A stretch of 61,968 nucleotides of DNA, filler included, from Sphacelaria rigidula (Eukaryota): assembly GCA_964200075.2 (NCBI GenBank). It is 6 parts of 6 records of this genome, joined end to end, with 100 filler letters (N's around TTAATTAATTAA, not from the genome) between each part and the next. Parts side by side here need not be neighbours in the genome. Positions count along the whole stretch, not along the records: positions 1 to 10,246 come from CAXNAA020006863.1; positions 10,347 to 20,592 come from CAXNAA020006864.1; 4 more parts are not named here. One strand, 5' to 3'. Every line of letters begins with the position of its first letter. Position 1 is the first letter of the stretch. The notes under the pieces are model-generated. The model made no database searches, had not been told where the DNA came from, and was given only the letters and a program-made list of their open reading frames with translations. This document shows, piece by piece, positions 1 through 12,192 of this stretch. Position numbers and translations under genes: made by a program.

Positions 1-61
1 GACTCGAAATGTGGGGCAAAAAAAGGCCCAAAATCCCCCCCCCCCCCCTATCGTAGGATGA

Positions 62-2430
62 CTCTGCCAATAACCTTGAAGGAGGTCCAACTTGCCCAAA
101 AAACGAGCACTCAAGAGATCACGCATGTCCGACTCTTGATTGAGCATCACACCCGGCGACTTTTCAACCTGATCATTTACGGCCCTTTTGTCGCTTACCA
201 GGCGAAACGAGTTTTTCTTGAGAACCGCCGTCGCCGAACTGGACCATGCCGCCTGCAGGTTCCAGACTACCAACCCAAGCGCCCAAAGAGCTGCCATGCA
301 CGACGTCAACCAGCTCGACTTCATCGGATCGTATCGCCGCGGCTTCGCCTTCACCGCGGATGACCCAGGTTTCAGCTGAACACGCATGGGCTCCACGCGC
401 GCAGGGGGATCACCCCGCAGCGCACGACGAAACGCGTTGACGCGGCGATGTAAGATGCTGCGGAGGCATTTCGCTTTGGGTACGCTGAGGCCTTTCGCCA
501 CATCATCCGTCACGCTCTCCTCCAGCGCGACCTTCCATGCAGACTCCTCTTCCGCCGGGTCCGTGAATATGTCCGGGCGGTGCTTTACTAAGCGTTCCGC
601 CGCGCATCCCGCTCCTCGGTCACCTGCCTCCCAGCCTCCTGAAAAGCATCCACCGACAAGCTCACGCGACGACTGCCCAAAAGGGCGGGCGTCTGCACGT
701 GCGGACCAGGCGGAGACATCCACGTCTTGATGGAGTCCTTCAACCGCTTACACGGGTCGACTGCTAGATCCAGTAGCGTCGGCAACCCCAGAAAAACAAC
801 GCCATCCGACCCTGGCATAATCGCAAACGAGATCGGAGGCAGCGGCGCCAGCCCCCCAGCAGTCTCGAAAGGTAGCTGCGACGGAACAGTACGCTCCGTG
901 ACGGCAACATGCTGACCCGACGCGGTGGCTTGACGCCACGGCTGCGCAAGCTGCGCAGACGAAGACGCCCCGGCAGGTTCAAACGGCACCGCCGGCGGGT
1001 ACGCCCCCCCGCTAGTAAATCAAGAATTTGGCGAACCTCCGACCAGCGCAACAACAGGCGTCGCACCTGGCGCTGCCGCCGGTGTCGTCGCCGGCGCCAC
1101 CACCGGCGCCGGCGCAGTGTTCGACTCTGTAGAAGTCGGGCCCACTTGCACCGCTCGTTGCGGAGCAACAGCACCTACAGCGGCGCCGGAACCAGAGCCA
1201 GGCCCATGCTGACGCAGCTGCCCCTGCTGTTGATGATTCTGCTGCTGCTGCGGCTGCTGCTGAGGGCTCGCCTGCGACCCCCCATCGCCGGAGGATTCGC
1301 CGCCGCCACCACGATTACCTCGTCTTTTGCCCTTGTGCTGACGATGCTGATGGCGCGCAGCACTAGACTGCCCAGACTCTCCACCCGAAGACGTTGGGCA
1401 ATCGCGCGCGTAATGGTCGACCTAGCCACAGCGATGGCAAGTATTACTCACGGCGCGACCGGCCGTATTCGAGCCATGGTTACGCAAAGATTTCGGGGAA
1501 GAGGTGGACGACTGGCCGAACACCTCTATTTTCCGCCACTCCTTGGCCTCGGCCACGACGGTTTTCATCGCCAGGTTTGGAGGTAGGTATGGGTCGGCCT
1601 TTCAGTCTGTTTGATGCTGCAGCTTGATAAGCACGGCTTACTTGAATGTTTCCGGTGCCAACCCCTCCACCAAAGCCTTAGTAATGACTGCAGCGGGGCC
1701 GGGAATGAACTCGCCATCCGGGGAACGACATACTAGTTCCACGTTCGGATTTTCCATGAACTACTTCTCAAATTGGCCAGGATGGGTTCCACCAGCTTTC
1801 GCCACGGCCGGGGACGCTTAGGTCAGGTCTACCTCGGCGCCCGCCACATGCCCAGCATGTTTTTTTATCGCCGCAACCAATTGCGGCGGGGTGATAGTGC
1901 CCTCATTATATTTCGAACGAGCGAACACTCTCTGTACATGAGTTGGCACTTGTTGGGCCATTGTCATCACCTGATGCCGCACGGCACCCCCTGCATTAGC
2001 GTGCTCCACACGCTTCTTGTACTCCAAGTATGTTGCATAAAAAGTGCGAGATGCACTCTCTGAGTATCTGTCCCCGTATTGGGGTGGTCGCAACTCTTCT
2101 TGCATGACCACGGGTGTCACGGTGGACGTACCTCGTGAGCTGATAGCAATAGCTGTAGCTGTAACCGGCTATCTGCGAACCTTTGTAGGCCAGCGGACCT
2201 TCGCGAATTGCACTTTCCTTGCTTCGTCGCCGCACCACACAGTCGTTGGAGCCTCCAAACTCCCGCTGCACGCAGCTTCAGCAAGTCTCCAGTCTCGATC
2301 AATCACAGGCCGGCCGCCTTTCTGCAGCTGCCTCAGCTGGAACCCTCTCCACGCGTCCCTGGTTTATCAGGTTTCCACAGCTACCAGACTCCTACCGAAC
2401 TCCTCTCTAGCAGGTTTCTAGCGCCAACAC
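62..2430 (-). mobile_element. Decayed Ty3/gypsy LTR retrotransposon 1: gag - protease - N-terminal RT, truncated
   Basis: Gag-like ORF 1818-2120 (MTPVVMQEELRPP...). Protease C-terminal segment ISFAIMPGSDGVVFLGLPTL in ORF 588-989. Manual translation of about 585 to 62 gives EPMRVQLKPG...AKPRRYDP...SFRLVSDKRAVND...FLGKLDLLQGYWQ, which are gypsy RT motifs. Stops and frameshifts throughout. Confidence 0.88.
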
Positions 2431-3569
2431 TAGGTTATCTTTGTCTACAGACGTAAAAATATGTGTATCGGTTGTGCGTGTAGAGAAGCTCTCTGTCGCT
2501 ATGTACTGGTGTCAAATTATTCAGTTTTTCCGCCGAAGTTTGAAATGGTTGTTGCGGCTTCTTCATGTGTATTGCGGGGTCCTCTGGAACGTTCCAATGA
2601 ATTGGCGCGAGCATGGGCTTGACCGCATGGTTTTACTCCTTCTGGGGCTGAAAAGGCCTTGAGAGAGTGTCCGGAACAATATTTTATTCTCCCGGTTTCC
2701 GCTTCACAGCAAAGTCATTTGACTGTTAAGCGATCGCCCATCTTGTCAACATGCTGCTTGTGTCTTGCATGGAATAGAGGTACCGCAGAGCTGCATGGTC
2801 TATCACACACGTGAAACGTCTTCCCCATAAGAACGGGCGCCAGTGCTGTATAGTTAATACAACTGCATAACATGCTATGAGTGTGGCAGAGTAGTGCCAC
2901 TGAGCATGATTAAAGCGCTGGCTGAAACACGCTACGATTGTAGTTTCGCCTTCCTTTTCTTGGGCTAGCACCGAGCCCGCACCCTCCTCTGCGGCGTCCA
3001 CTTGAATGGTGAACTCTTCTGAAAAGTCTGGGACATGAAGGGCTGGAGTAGTTGTGAGAAGCCTTCTTACTTCTACGAAAGCTGTATAGTGTTCGGCATT
3101 CCACTATTTTGCTACTTCTTTGTCGGCCTCTTTTTTCGTGAGATCTACCAGCGGCCCGGTTACCTGTGAGAGGTTCGGAATAAATATCCTCACAAACCTT
3201 ATCGTACCCAACACCGACTGCAATTGCTTGATATTGGTTGGCGTGGGTAAATCTGATATGGCCTTTACGCGCTCCTCCATAATTTTGATCCCGTCAGCGG
3301 ACGAAGTATAGCCGAGGTACTTTGACCTCCTTATGGTCCAAACTGTACTTTAGAGGGCTTGAGATTGAGACCTCTTTTGTTCAGTGCTTTGAACATGTCT
3401 TCCAATAGAGTCAGGTGGCGTTCCCATGTGGAGGAACAGGTGATTACATCATCCATGCACACTGAAAGCCGCTCTTTGGCACAAAGTGTGAGAACATGAG
3501 AGCCACTATTCGCAAAAAAATGAACGGGGAAGATGCCAAGCCGAGCGGCAGTCGGTTGAACACTCATTT

Positions 3570-3842
3570 AGAGCGGTGCTACGATAGAGGTTGCACTGTT
3601 TTCGCGAAAACGTTTCCCGGGACTCGAGGTGTTTCATGGATCATTTCATGAATCAGCATCATTTTACTTGAAAAAGACTGAAAATGATGCCGATTCACGA
3701 ACATGCCCCTGGGTGCAAACACCATGTATCTGGGAGTCCGGTCCCCGGAGATTTCGGTTGCACAGCAAGCCCCATACATTTGGGCTTCTACAAAGAAGAG
3801 GCCCAGACGCAAAAAGTGCAAACCCTACCGTAGCACTGCTCT
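3570..3842. mobile_element. MITE (about 273 bp) inserted into the RT of gypsy 2; PIF/Harbinger-like by inference
   Basis: 27-bp TIRs AGAGCGGTGCTACGATAGAGGTTGCAC / GTGCAAACCCTACCGTAGCACTGCTCT. Removing it rejoins KTVFVTEKRK to *VFNRLPLGLASSP (RT motif KTAF...GKWxFxRLPFG). The TSD is either TT or a mutated TWA. Confidence 0.85.
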
Positions 3843-6800
3843 TTCCTTTTTTCCGTAACGAAGACCGTTTTTTGTTCTCCCCCTCCGCGATTGGAATCTG
3901 ATGGAACGCGCTCTCTACATGAAAGACAGAAATAAACGTTTGGGCCTGCTACCGTGTCTACATGACTTTCCAAATTAGGCATGGGTCATGACTTTGCACA
4001 AGACTTTTATTAAGCTTGGATCTATAGTCGGCACAAAACCGGGCTGAACCATCACGTTTCACTACAATAGTCACCGCAGAGCCCCATGGGCCGGCTCTTA
4101 CTTCAGTTATCCCGTCTCATTTCATGTCATCCACGCATTTATCGAGACTTCTTTGATCCTGGCGTTGACCCAATACGGAGCTCGACGGGCTCCGTGCCCG
4201 GAACTAGGAGAAACGTTGCTTCCCCCATTGTGCAACATTCTAGCTCCTGCGGTGATAGTGGAGGACTGACCTATACTTTATGCATAAATCAAGCACTTGG
4301 CTCTTTCGAGATCCAGGGAAAGTGGTATTTTGAAATGCATTATCGAGCGCTATCGTCAGCTATTCTTGTGCGTCAGTATTGTGCTGCTCAGCTTGTGAAC
4401 TTTCACTGACGTTTTCCGTCGACTTGTTTGTTTCAACTTGTGAGATGTATCCCAAGAACATATTTCTTGGGAATTGGACATGCCATTTCGACGGATTTCC
4501 TGCTTGTATCATAGCTGTTTTGTTGAACGCTGACCAAGTGCAGGCTGTGCGTGCTACAACGAGGCGGATAAAAGCTTCCGGTACGTTCGAGGACTGGAAG
4601 TCTTCACACGTTACAACTCGTGGCTCAATGACCGCTTCAGTCGTACGGGTTGGCTCATTTGTTTCGACAAGCAGAGCCATCTCGCTTTGAGGTGGAACCG
4701 GGCATCTCTTCGAGAGATACACCGGTACATGTTTAGTCGATTCTACCCGTGTGACAGAACAATAGTCATCTTCCGAGCACGTCGGATTAACGTTTCTGTC
4801 TTTTTCCTGTGAGTAGCCATGAGGCGAACTGTTGAACTACGGAACGTCAACATTCCTGCTTGCCAATCGAGGTTCCCCCCGAATACGTTCATCACTAAGT
4901 TCTCTATCAGCATGAAATCCGAACCGAGATCCTTGACGACTTCGACGGGCATGGTCATGTCACCTAGCGTGAGGTCAAAGCGAATAATTCCCTTTATCGT
5001 GATTGGTGAACCGTCGGCGCTCCTTAGATGAATAAAACGCGGGGGGACTGAATGAATGTTCGCTTCGCTCGGGGTGTGACCCGATGGACTTCAAACTGAT
5101 TATCGAGAGGTCTAGAGCAGTGTCAGTGGTTATCGCTGGAACCTCCGCTCCATCTACTTCGGCTTGGACCTGCACCCTGGCTGATGCAGGTCGCAACATT
5201 GCCGGGTTCCTAGGGTTCCGGGCTTACAAAGATATGAAGAAAGACTCGAATTCCTTCGAGCTCAGGAGCAAAACTGTTGATCTGTGCTCTACATTATTTT
5301 TCATGGACGTCTTGCTTACTAAAGCAGCTTTGGGAGCGATGCCAAGGTGGCGATGCCTCTTACTGGACATCTTATCTTGACCTGTTTTGCTCCCAACTTT
5401 CTTCTGTGTACTGGCCTTCGTAACCGTAACCACTTCCCATGTACTCCCTTACGTGACCTCACAGAAGGAGCTGCGTCCTGGCTAGCAAATCGCACACGTT
5501 TATTGCCCCTTTCATGTCCCGCCAGGGGGTTGGCACCCATCCCACGGTGCTCAATTTCTTCCCTCTATTTTTTGTTTTCTCGCGTCACGCGTGCTACCTT
5601 AGAGGCTTCATTGATAGATCCTACGGTGGTTGCTCTTTTCGCGTGTACACGTTTCCCATTGCTGGGCGAGGGTCCCGGCTCTGAGCACCATCAAACACCT
5701 GGAGCTAGCAGTTACTTGCTCTTCATGTTTCTTAGCGAACTGGCAATCTTCTCTGGAATGATTGTGCTTGAACTTGCACGGTTCATATGGGCAGCGCTCC
5801 CCTTTTTTTGCCAGATTGACCATCGTGTTTCCCCTTCCCCCTACGTTTTGACCGACTACGCTTCCCGGTCTCACTCGGAGATGACCATGGACCACGTTTT
5901 TCGCCAAGATGGGAAGGACGCTTGTTCGACCTTCCTCTGTCACCGCCAGCTCACCGACTCTCTTCCAATAGTTTTTTTATCCGCTGACCTTAGTCAGCGA
6001 CTGTTTCCGCAAGCTGAGATGTTTTATGCACAGCGACTGATGAAACGCGGGTCGCGGAGGAATTGGAAATTTGAGACGTGGTCCCGTGCAAGTTGTCGGT
6101 TTCAGGTTTTTCCGCGCGCGAGCTCTGGCAACTTGGACGCTATATGTGAGATCTTTACGTACCGTTTCGACCCTTACATGTGGCGGGAGTCCTGCTTCAA
6201 AAGGATCCCTTTGGCTGGCTTTCCGAGCAAAGCTAACTGGGTCCCTGCAATGTGGAGTAACTCGTGCGGCTTCTGCGTAGAAACGGGAGTGTGATTTGGA
6301 CACTTCTAGGGGGTACGAGTCTACCGTGTGGTGGTCCTTAAATTTGAGCTGCGCTATGGCCCGGGCGAGGGCTTCAATGTGATTTGGCGGGGGGTATAAG
6401 TTTGTATGAGCATTTACCCACTCATCCCTACTTGCTGGGGCGTGAGCATTGACTTCATCCCTTGTGCTCGAAGGATTTGGAGATTCGCCACTCCAAAGTA
6501 CCAGTTATAAGATCCGTGTAAGCGTCGAGGGCTGTCCCCCACAGTAAGAGCTGTAAACGCTTGATAAATCTGCGATCGATTACCTCCCGCGTGCACTTAT
6601 CTTGCGAGTACATCTCAACTCGTGAGCGGTACTGTCGCATGTAGTAGGAATATCTCCGGTTGCAAGTCCTCTTAGAACGATATTAGGACCGAGATCGTTC
6701 TGCTTGAGCGTGAAATGCAGCGTATGTACAATACCGCCAGCAGTACTTGATCGGGGTCGGTTTTCATGCGAGGGGGTCTGGTGCTGTGGCCCTTGTAGTG

Positions 6801-7505
6801 AACAATTTCCGACAGGCATGTAAGGCGATGTCTGAGTGTTATTCATCACTCGTTGGTTCGTAGGAGAAGTGTAGCCTACGTTGCTCAGGTGAAGTTGGGC
6901 GGAATTCGGCGAGGCTTGAGAGTGTGTTTGGGGAGAATGATTTAGTGCAGCAAATTGAGTTGCATTTTCGTTAGTCGCCCGGGACAACCGGGGTGGCGTG
7001 GTTTGTGGTGGTACACTACGAGAGCTTGGCGGCGTTGTGCCATTACTTAATTGCACGATCTCCGTGACGCAAAGGTACCGGACCACTTTGAACTACCTCT
7101 ACCTCTAAATTTGCCTGATTCGTTACCGCACTACTGTTCACCTGGTGTACTTGCTGGACGATGTCATGGGTAGAGTCCGAATCCCCAGTGCTCGCAAGGC
7201 CGATTCGGGAGGATCCGCGCATTTTTCCGCGTGCTGTTCGAGGATTTTCAACGCGAGGTGAAGAGCTGCTTCCTTCAGGTGTCCTGAGGATGAGTCCGTA
7301 AAAGCGACGGTTCGGGGTGATGAAGACCTGTCCACGTTATCTGAACCAGCGTTCGCGACGCTAGTCCTGCCTTCGTCTTCCTCGCGGAGGACACTCAAGC
7401 GGTTTCCGCTGTCGCTGCCGGCGGGTTGCCCCTGATTGAGGCATTGACCCTTCGTAGGGTCGCGTTTGGGGCGTTCCGGTCCCTTGCCCTTGTCTTTTTT
7501 CTTAG

Positions 7506-7580
7506 CCGACGGGGAGGAAGTGGCGGACGGGGAGGAAGTGGCGGACGGGAAGGAAGTGGCCGAGGGGGAGAGAGTGGTCC
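7506..7580 (+). repeat. 18-bp tandem repeat (GGAGGAAGTGGCGGACGG)x3-4
   Basis: Directly visible. Confidence 0.85.
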
Positions 7581-7756
7581 CTTGGCGCTTCTCAGGTTGG
7601 AACTTAGAAGAGGTCCCAGCCGGAGCCGCTGCCTTTGCTACTTGAGAAAACGTGTGCTGGACAAGAGACGGCGAAGAGAATACTCCTGCGCCTGCTGATC
7701 GCCGCTGTTGTTATTGTTGTTCTTGTTGTTCTTGTTCTTATTTCTCACCTTGATAG

Positions 7757-7985
7757 TGTAATGCGTGAGGGGACCGCGTGCGTAGAGGACCGCATCTGAA
7801 TTCGAAAACCGCTATGGTTATGGTTGGGGTTAGGGTCAGTGTTGGGGTTAGGGTTAGTGTTGGGGTTAGAGTCAGGGGCGTGGTCCCTACAGGGACTGGC
7901 TCGATTGGTTTTGAAAAACGTCGATCCTGAGGTGTTTCGAACTATGACTCGGTCATTTAAGCACGCGGTCCTCTCACGCATTACA
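7757..7985. mobile_element. MITE with TGT...ACA termini, about 25-bp TIRs, 4-bp TSD and internal telomere-like repeats
   Basis: TGTAATGCGTGAGGGGACCGCGTGC ... GCACGCGGTCCTCTCACGCATTACA, flanked by ATAG on both sides. Internal GGTTA/TTAGGG/TTGGGG array at about 7815-7870. Second copy at 49717-49927. Confidence 0.88.
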
Positions 7986-8527
7986 ATAGGATAGGTGTCG
8001 CCGTATCTATCCCAACGAAAACACAATATCCAGCGTGCCTTGCACACGTCTAATAAACTGGTGACAGCCAATGTGGAGATCGTGAGACTGCCGGTGGACG
8101 GCAGCAACCGTCGAAGGTGGCCGATGATTTTCCTGGCGTTATGTAGTCGAGGATTGACCGCAGTCGAGCAGTTTAGACAGTTGGATCACTGGGCACCGGT
8201 TAGGGCAGATGAAGCCCGAAGAGGGAGAGAGTGATGGCTTGCCAACAGTTCGTTGGAAAGATCCCTGTCACCTTGAGGTCCCAGATCCGGCGGTACAGAC
8301 ATGGGAGTTTCGGCACCCCCGGCAGTGAGAATTGCACCCGTAACGGCTGTTGACTAGATTACACGTTATAAAAGGAAAATCTCTCCGCATATGCCAATAT
8401 GGTGATCTCCACATTTTAACTTTTTGCTGAAATTTCAAATATCTCTATTCCGTTTTTTTCGTCTTTGTTTCGCCCTCAGAAATGTTGCGCCTGTTGATGA
8501 TAGAAATGCCGTGAAAACATTTAGCGC

Positions 8528-8784
8528 TATAGCCTCTGCCAGACGACCTGGACAAGAGGACTATCCACGAGGGACTCCTCCTGTAGCACTGGCCTCGTGC
8601 TCGACAAGTCCTTCTTCTAACTTGTTATTATTGAGGAGCGATCCTCTACAGGCCACATCAAGAGCTGAACAGCAAGGGGCCACGCAGATAAGGGTCATCA
8701 ATCCAGGATCCCCTGTCCCCTTCCACTGCTCCAATCATACATGCGATTATACTGGAACCTACGGCTTGGTATCATTTGGCTACA
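8528..8784 (-). repeat. 3' LTR of gypsy element 3
   Basis: On the minus strand, PPT-like GCTTTGGGGGTGC is followed by TGTAGCC...GGCTATA (terminal inverted repeat with one mismatch), about 160 bp downstream of the integrase/chromodomain. Shares the PPT and internal motifs with the LTR at 55876-56095. Confidence 0.65.
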
Positions 8785-8947
8785 GCACCCCCAAAGCGAG
8801 TTCAAGACAAACGAACGAGCTTGACAAGCAACAAAAAACAAGGCGAAATCGCATGCGCCATATCACGAAGAAATACCATACTCCGACGCTAATTTACTGG
8901 TCAGCACCCGAGTCAACCGGATTTTACGCAGTTCCTTCAAAACAAAT

Positions 8948-10246
8948 TCAGGCGCAGAGGAATGGACCTTGCGAAGAGACTCCCACGTACGTTCGTTCTT
9001 CAGCACCGAACCCTTCCCAATCGATCAAAACAACGGCGTGACCATTGTCATCCTCAGCGATCTGCACCAAAGCATTCATCCGACATTCACCTTGAGCATA
9101 CGAATGCTGAAATACATATTTGAGCTCCGCAGTGATGTGCATCTGCGAGTCAGCACAGAAACATAAACGGGCAACATGGGCCGAGTGCACGGCGCCAGAA
9201 AAAATGTTCTGCACCGAATACACGTGAGCGTGATCGGCTCCGACCACTCGCCACGGACCTGTCCACGTGGAAATCAACTTTGGCGTCACATCTTGCCTAC
9301 GAACACGGGCATTCAATACGAAATCGCCAACTGCAAACTTGGGCAACACAGCCTGGCCCCGAGCAAGCTTGCGTTTGATTTCACGAGACACCGCGACAGC
9401 AGCTTGCACTTCGTTTCAAAATCGCACTTGCTTGTCAACCACGCCTCGAACCTTATCACGCAACAAATCAGCATCCATGACATTGATGTTCCACCCGCCA
9501 CCAGTGACAGAAGCCAGCGCGGAAAACGCTGTACGCGGCGCACGCCCAAACATCACACAATACGGAGTGTCACGACAAGAAGTATTCAACGCCCACTGAG
9601 CGGCTGGCAAAACATCAACCCATTCAGACACCGGCCGTCGCTGTTCCGACAAAATAGACCGCACCGCACGAATAACCTCTTCCACCATGCATTCACAAGC
9701 ATCATGCGACCAAGGGGGGTACGCAAAAGCAAATTGGTGTTGCACCGTGAACGCATCGCTCAGCTGCGCGATCACTTGATTCTTCAAGTGCGTGGTGGTG
9801 TACTGACCCAAATACACGGCACCTCCATAAGTCTTGCACCAATGGAGCAAGTGCTTAGCCGTAACCTCGGCGGTGCAAGCCTCGGTCGGCTCCAAGCAAA
9901 CGAAACTGGACAAATCATCCATGATAACCACAACGTACCGAAAACCATCCTCCTCAGGCAGACCATTAGCACCTTCAGGTCCGCTACTTCCGACGTACAG
10001 AAAATCGAAGTGAACAACTTCACCTGGCACAGTACCACGCACAGTATCGCCATACGGACGAGGTACAATCTCACCAGCACGAGTGTCTACACAATGCAAG
10101 CACTGGCAAACAGAGACGCGAACGTGGAAATCCATGTGAGGCCACACACAGTATTCTATCAAACGCAACAGAGTCGGCGCCACACCACGGTGACCAGCCG
10201 ACCGCATGTGAGCGCACACCATCAAGCGAGTTCGTAGAGCCGTATC
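8948..10246 (-). mobile_element. Decayed Ty3/gypsy element 3: integrase + GPY/F motif + chromodomain (chromovirus-like)
   Basis: ORF 9416-10225 has an HHCC zinc finger (AH...GHRG...CQCLHC), VVHFDFLY, YVVVIMDDLS and WVDVLPAAQWALNT...TPYCVMFGR. ORF 8948-9409 has FAVGDFVL...WTGPWRV...HVARL followed by chromo-like VLIDWEGFGAEERTY. Confidence 0.92.
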
Positions 10247-10346
10247 NNNNNNNNNNNNNNNNNNNNNNNNNNNNNNNNNNNNNNNNNNNNTTAATTAATT
10301 AANNNNNNNNNNNNNNNNNNNNNNNNNNNNNNNNNNNNNNNNNNNN
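10247..10346. other. Artificial contig linker (44 N + TTAATTAATTAA + 44 N)
   Basis: Identical 100-bp spacer recurs five times; TTAATTAATTAA gives stops in all six frames; flanking contigs decrease monotonically in length. Confidence 0.97.
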
Positions 10347-10600
10347 TTTCCGTCTGGTGATGATATTTTGTTTCTTTTTGCGCTCGGGTTGTTTAGCCTT
10401 TCACGGCTTTTTTTTTTCCGCCCCCCCCCCCCCCCCCCCCCTCCCTCTGTCCCCCTCACCTTCATGGTACGATACCCATGAGGCAATGTCCACCCATGGC
10501 TGCCTCTGGACGGGGTGACACCAAAACAAAAAGAGCAACTCGTTGGGGGGCGTCATCCATATTCAAGATAAACAGTACGCTTCGGGCCGAGCAACGTCAG

Positions 10601-10769
10601 CAGGATGCAGCTCACCCTTCATGCGTATCGCCGAACACATCACCGCGCTTCGCGCTTGGTGATTGTGCGAGCCTGGCCCGTGAAAACCCGGCGTGCTCCG
10701 TCCCGGCTTTTCCGGGATGCAAGGTTGTTGGTCATCTGACTACGTCATGCAAGATCATGACTACACCCC
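10601..10769 (+). repeat. Dispersed repeat B (about 170 bp), copy 1
   Basis: Closely similar to 51778-51949 (AGGATGCAGCT...CATCAC..GCGCTTCGCGCTTGGTGAT...GCAAGATCATGA.TACACCC). Confidence 0.85.
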
Positions 10770-11835
10770 ATCCCTCAAGGGCTATTTTTCTGGGGGAAAA
10801 CGTGGAATCCGTCAAACCATTCAAACGGCCTTCACTCACAATACCAAAGGGATATCAATTGCCAACATGTACTGCGCCCGTGCTTCAAAGAAAAACAAGA
10901 AAGTTAAGACAAATTCTCGCCTCACACGGCCGAAAAGGCCAGCCAAGAAGAAAGAGCCCATTTGATGTACCACACTACCTGTGCGAACCTAGTCCGCCAA
11001 GGGTGTCACATACCGTGTGGATGTGTGGAGAAGTACTCTCTGGCGCATGGGCCATACTTTTTTCGTCCCATAAGTCTGCTTGGTTATGTTCGTACGGGTT
11101 CCAGACGGTGTCCGAACTTTTCGTCGCTTTTATATTGCATTCTTTGGCATTTCCATAGTTACAACCCATGACTTTTCAACAGCTGTCGTTTGCCCTCATG
11201 CGGTCGAACGGCCGCAACAAAATAAGTCGGTGCAAAAATGGCCGTATTTCGCCCCCCTTTCCAGGGGCAAAAACACGTCGGAAAAAGGTACCAACAGTGG
11301 TCCTCATGGTGCCTGGAATCTGATGCCAGAACGTAGAAAAAAAATCTCCCCAAAATAGTGTTGAAAATATTCTCGAGAAAGCCCAAAATTGGGTATGCTT
11401 TTGACTCACTTTGTTGAAGGATAATTTTTTTTTTTAATGCAACGGCATCGTCTATGTTGTATCTTTCTAATAAAGCCGACGATAGCATCATCACTGATAC
11501 CGCTGTAACTCACACGACCAACTTATGCCCGTCACCAAGCAGACCTACGGGACAGAGGGATAACACCAAATTTCTGGTCGATCGAGCAAGAACTCGTTTT
11601 TTTTCTTCCATGTTGTCAATTCGTCCGGTAATTGACATACATCACCAGGTTGGATCGCAGTCGACGGTACCGAATAGTTCGAACTGACGAATGCGCCGGA
11701 ATGATCGATCACACCGCGCGGCGCACTTCTGGACGGGTGTACTACTGCACGATAGCATGGAACCTAACTACTTGTGTTCTGCCATGCCTTTTATGTCTCC
11801 GGCTGCTTGCCCCGAGGACAATATTTATATTTCAA

Positions 11836-11863
11836 GTTGTTGTTGTTGTTGTTGTTGTTGTTG
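11836..11863 (+). repeat. (GTT)n microsatellite
   Basis: Directly visible. Confidence 0.9.
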
Positions 11864-12123
11864 TACTAAGTGGTGGGGGCTAGCAACTCGTGTACGTTCA
11901 TTGATTGGTTGATGGATTGTCGCACTTCAACTGACGCACCAGGGATTTAGCCGTGGTCACATGGTAGGCGTACCCCGAGATGAAACATCATGAAAACAAA
12001 ACACCCTCGCTGAATAAACGCTAATGAAACAGAGAGGTAGAACAGACAGAGTAGACTAAGGAAAAGGAAAAATAAGAGGAAAACGGAATGGAAATATCAG
12101 CACAAAACAAAGACAAGGAAAGG

Positions 12124-12127
<4 letters not shown>

Positions 12128-12189
<62 letters not shown>
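12128..12189 (+). repeat. (CA)n microsatellite
   Basis: Directly visible. Confidence 0.95.

Positions 12190-12192
<3 letters not shown>

Larger units (their letters stand above)
2440..7700 (-). mobile_element. Decayed Ty3/gypsy LTR retrotransposon 2: gag - protease - RT - RNase H, integrase missing
   Basis: RNase H ORF 2726-3001 (DAAEEGAGSVLAQ...AQWHYSAT...WRPFLWGRRFTCVIDHAALRYL). RT segments VCMDDVITCS...LNLKPSKVQFG (3331-3567), MPNLESHVDTVAG (3788-3982) and VTIVVKRDGSARFCADYRS (about 4020-4080). Protease-like 4743-5199. Knuckle-like CPYEPCKFKHNHSREDC in 5608-5943. Many disablements; the 5' boundary is approximate. Confidence 0.9.

Noticed and set aside
7815..7870. True telomere or chromosome-fusion scar
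   Set aside because: Short, degenerate and enclosed within TIRs of a dispersed element
9176..10237. Long plus-strand ORFs (353 aa here; also 909-1586 and 5347-6294)
   Set aside because: Antisense shadows of gypsy coding sequence with no recognisable domains
10291..10302. Recurrent TTAATTAATTAA motif every 10.3 kb
   Set aside because: Assembly spacer embedded in Ns, not biological
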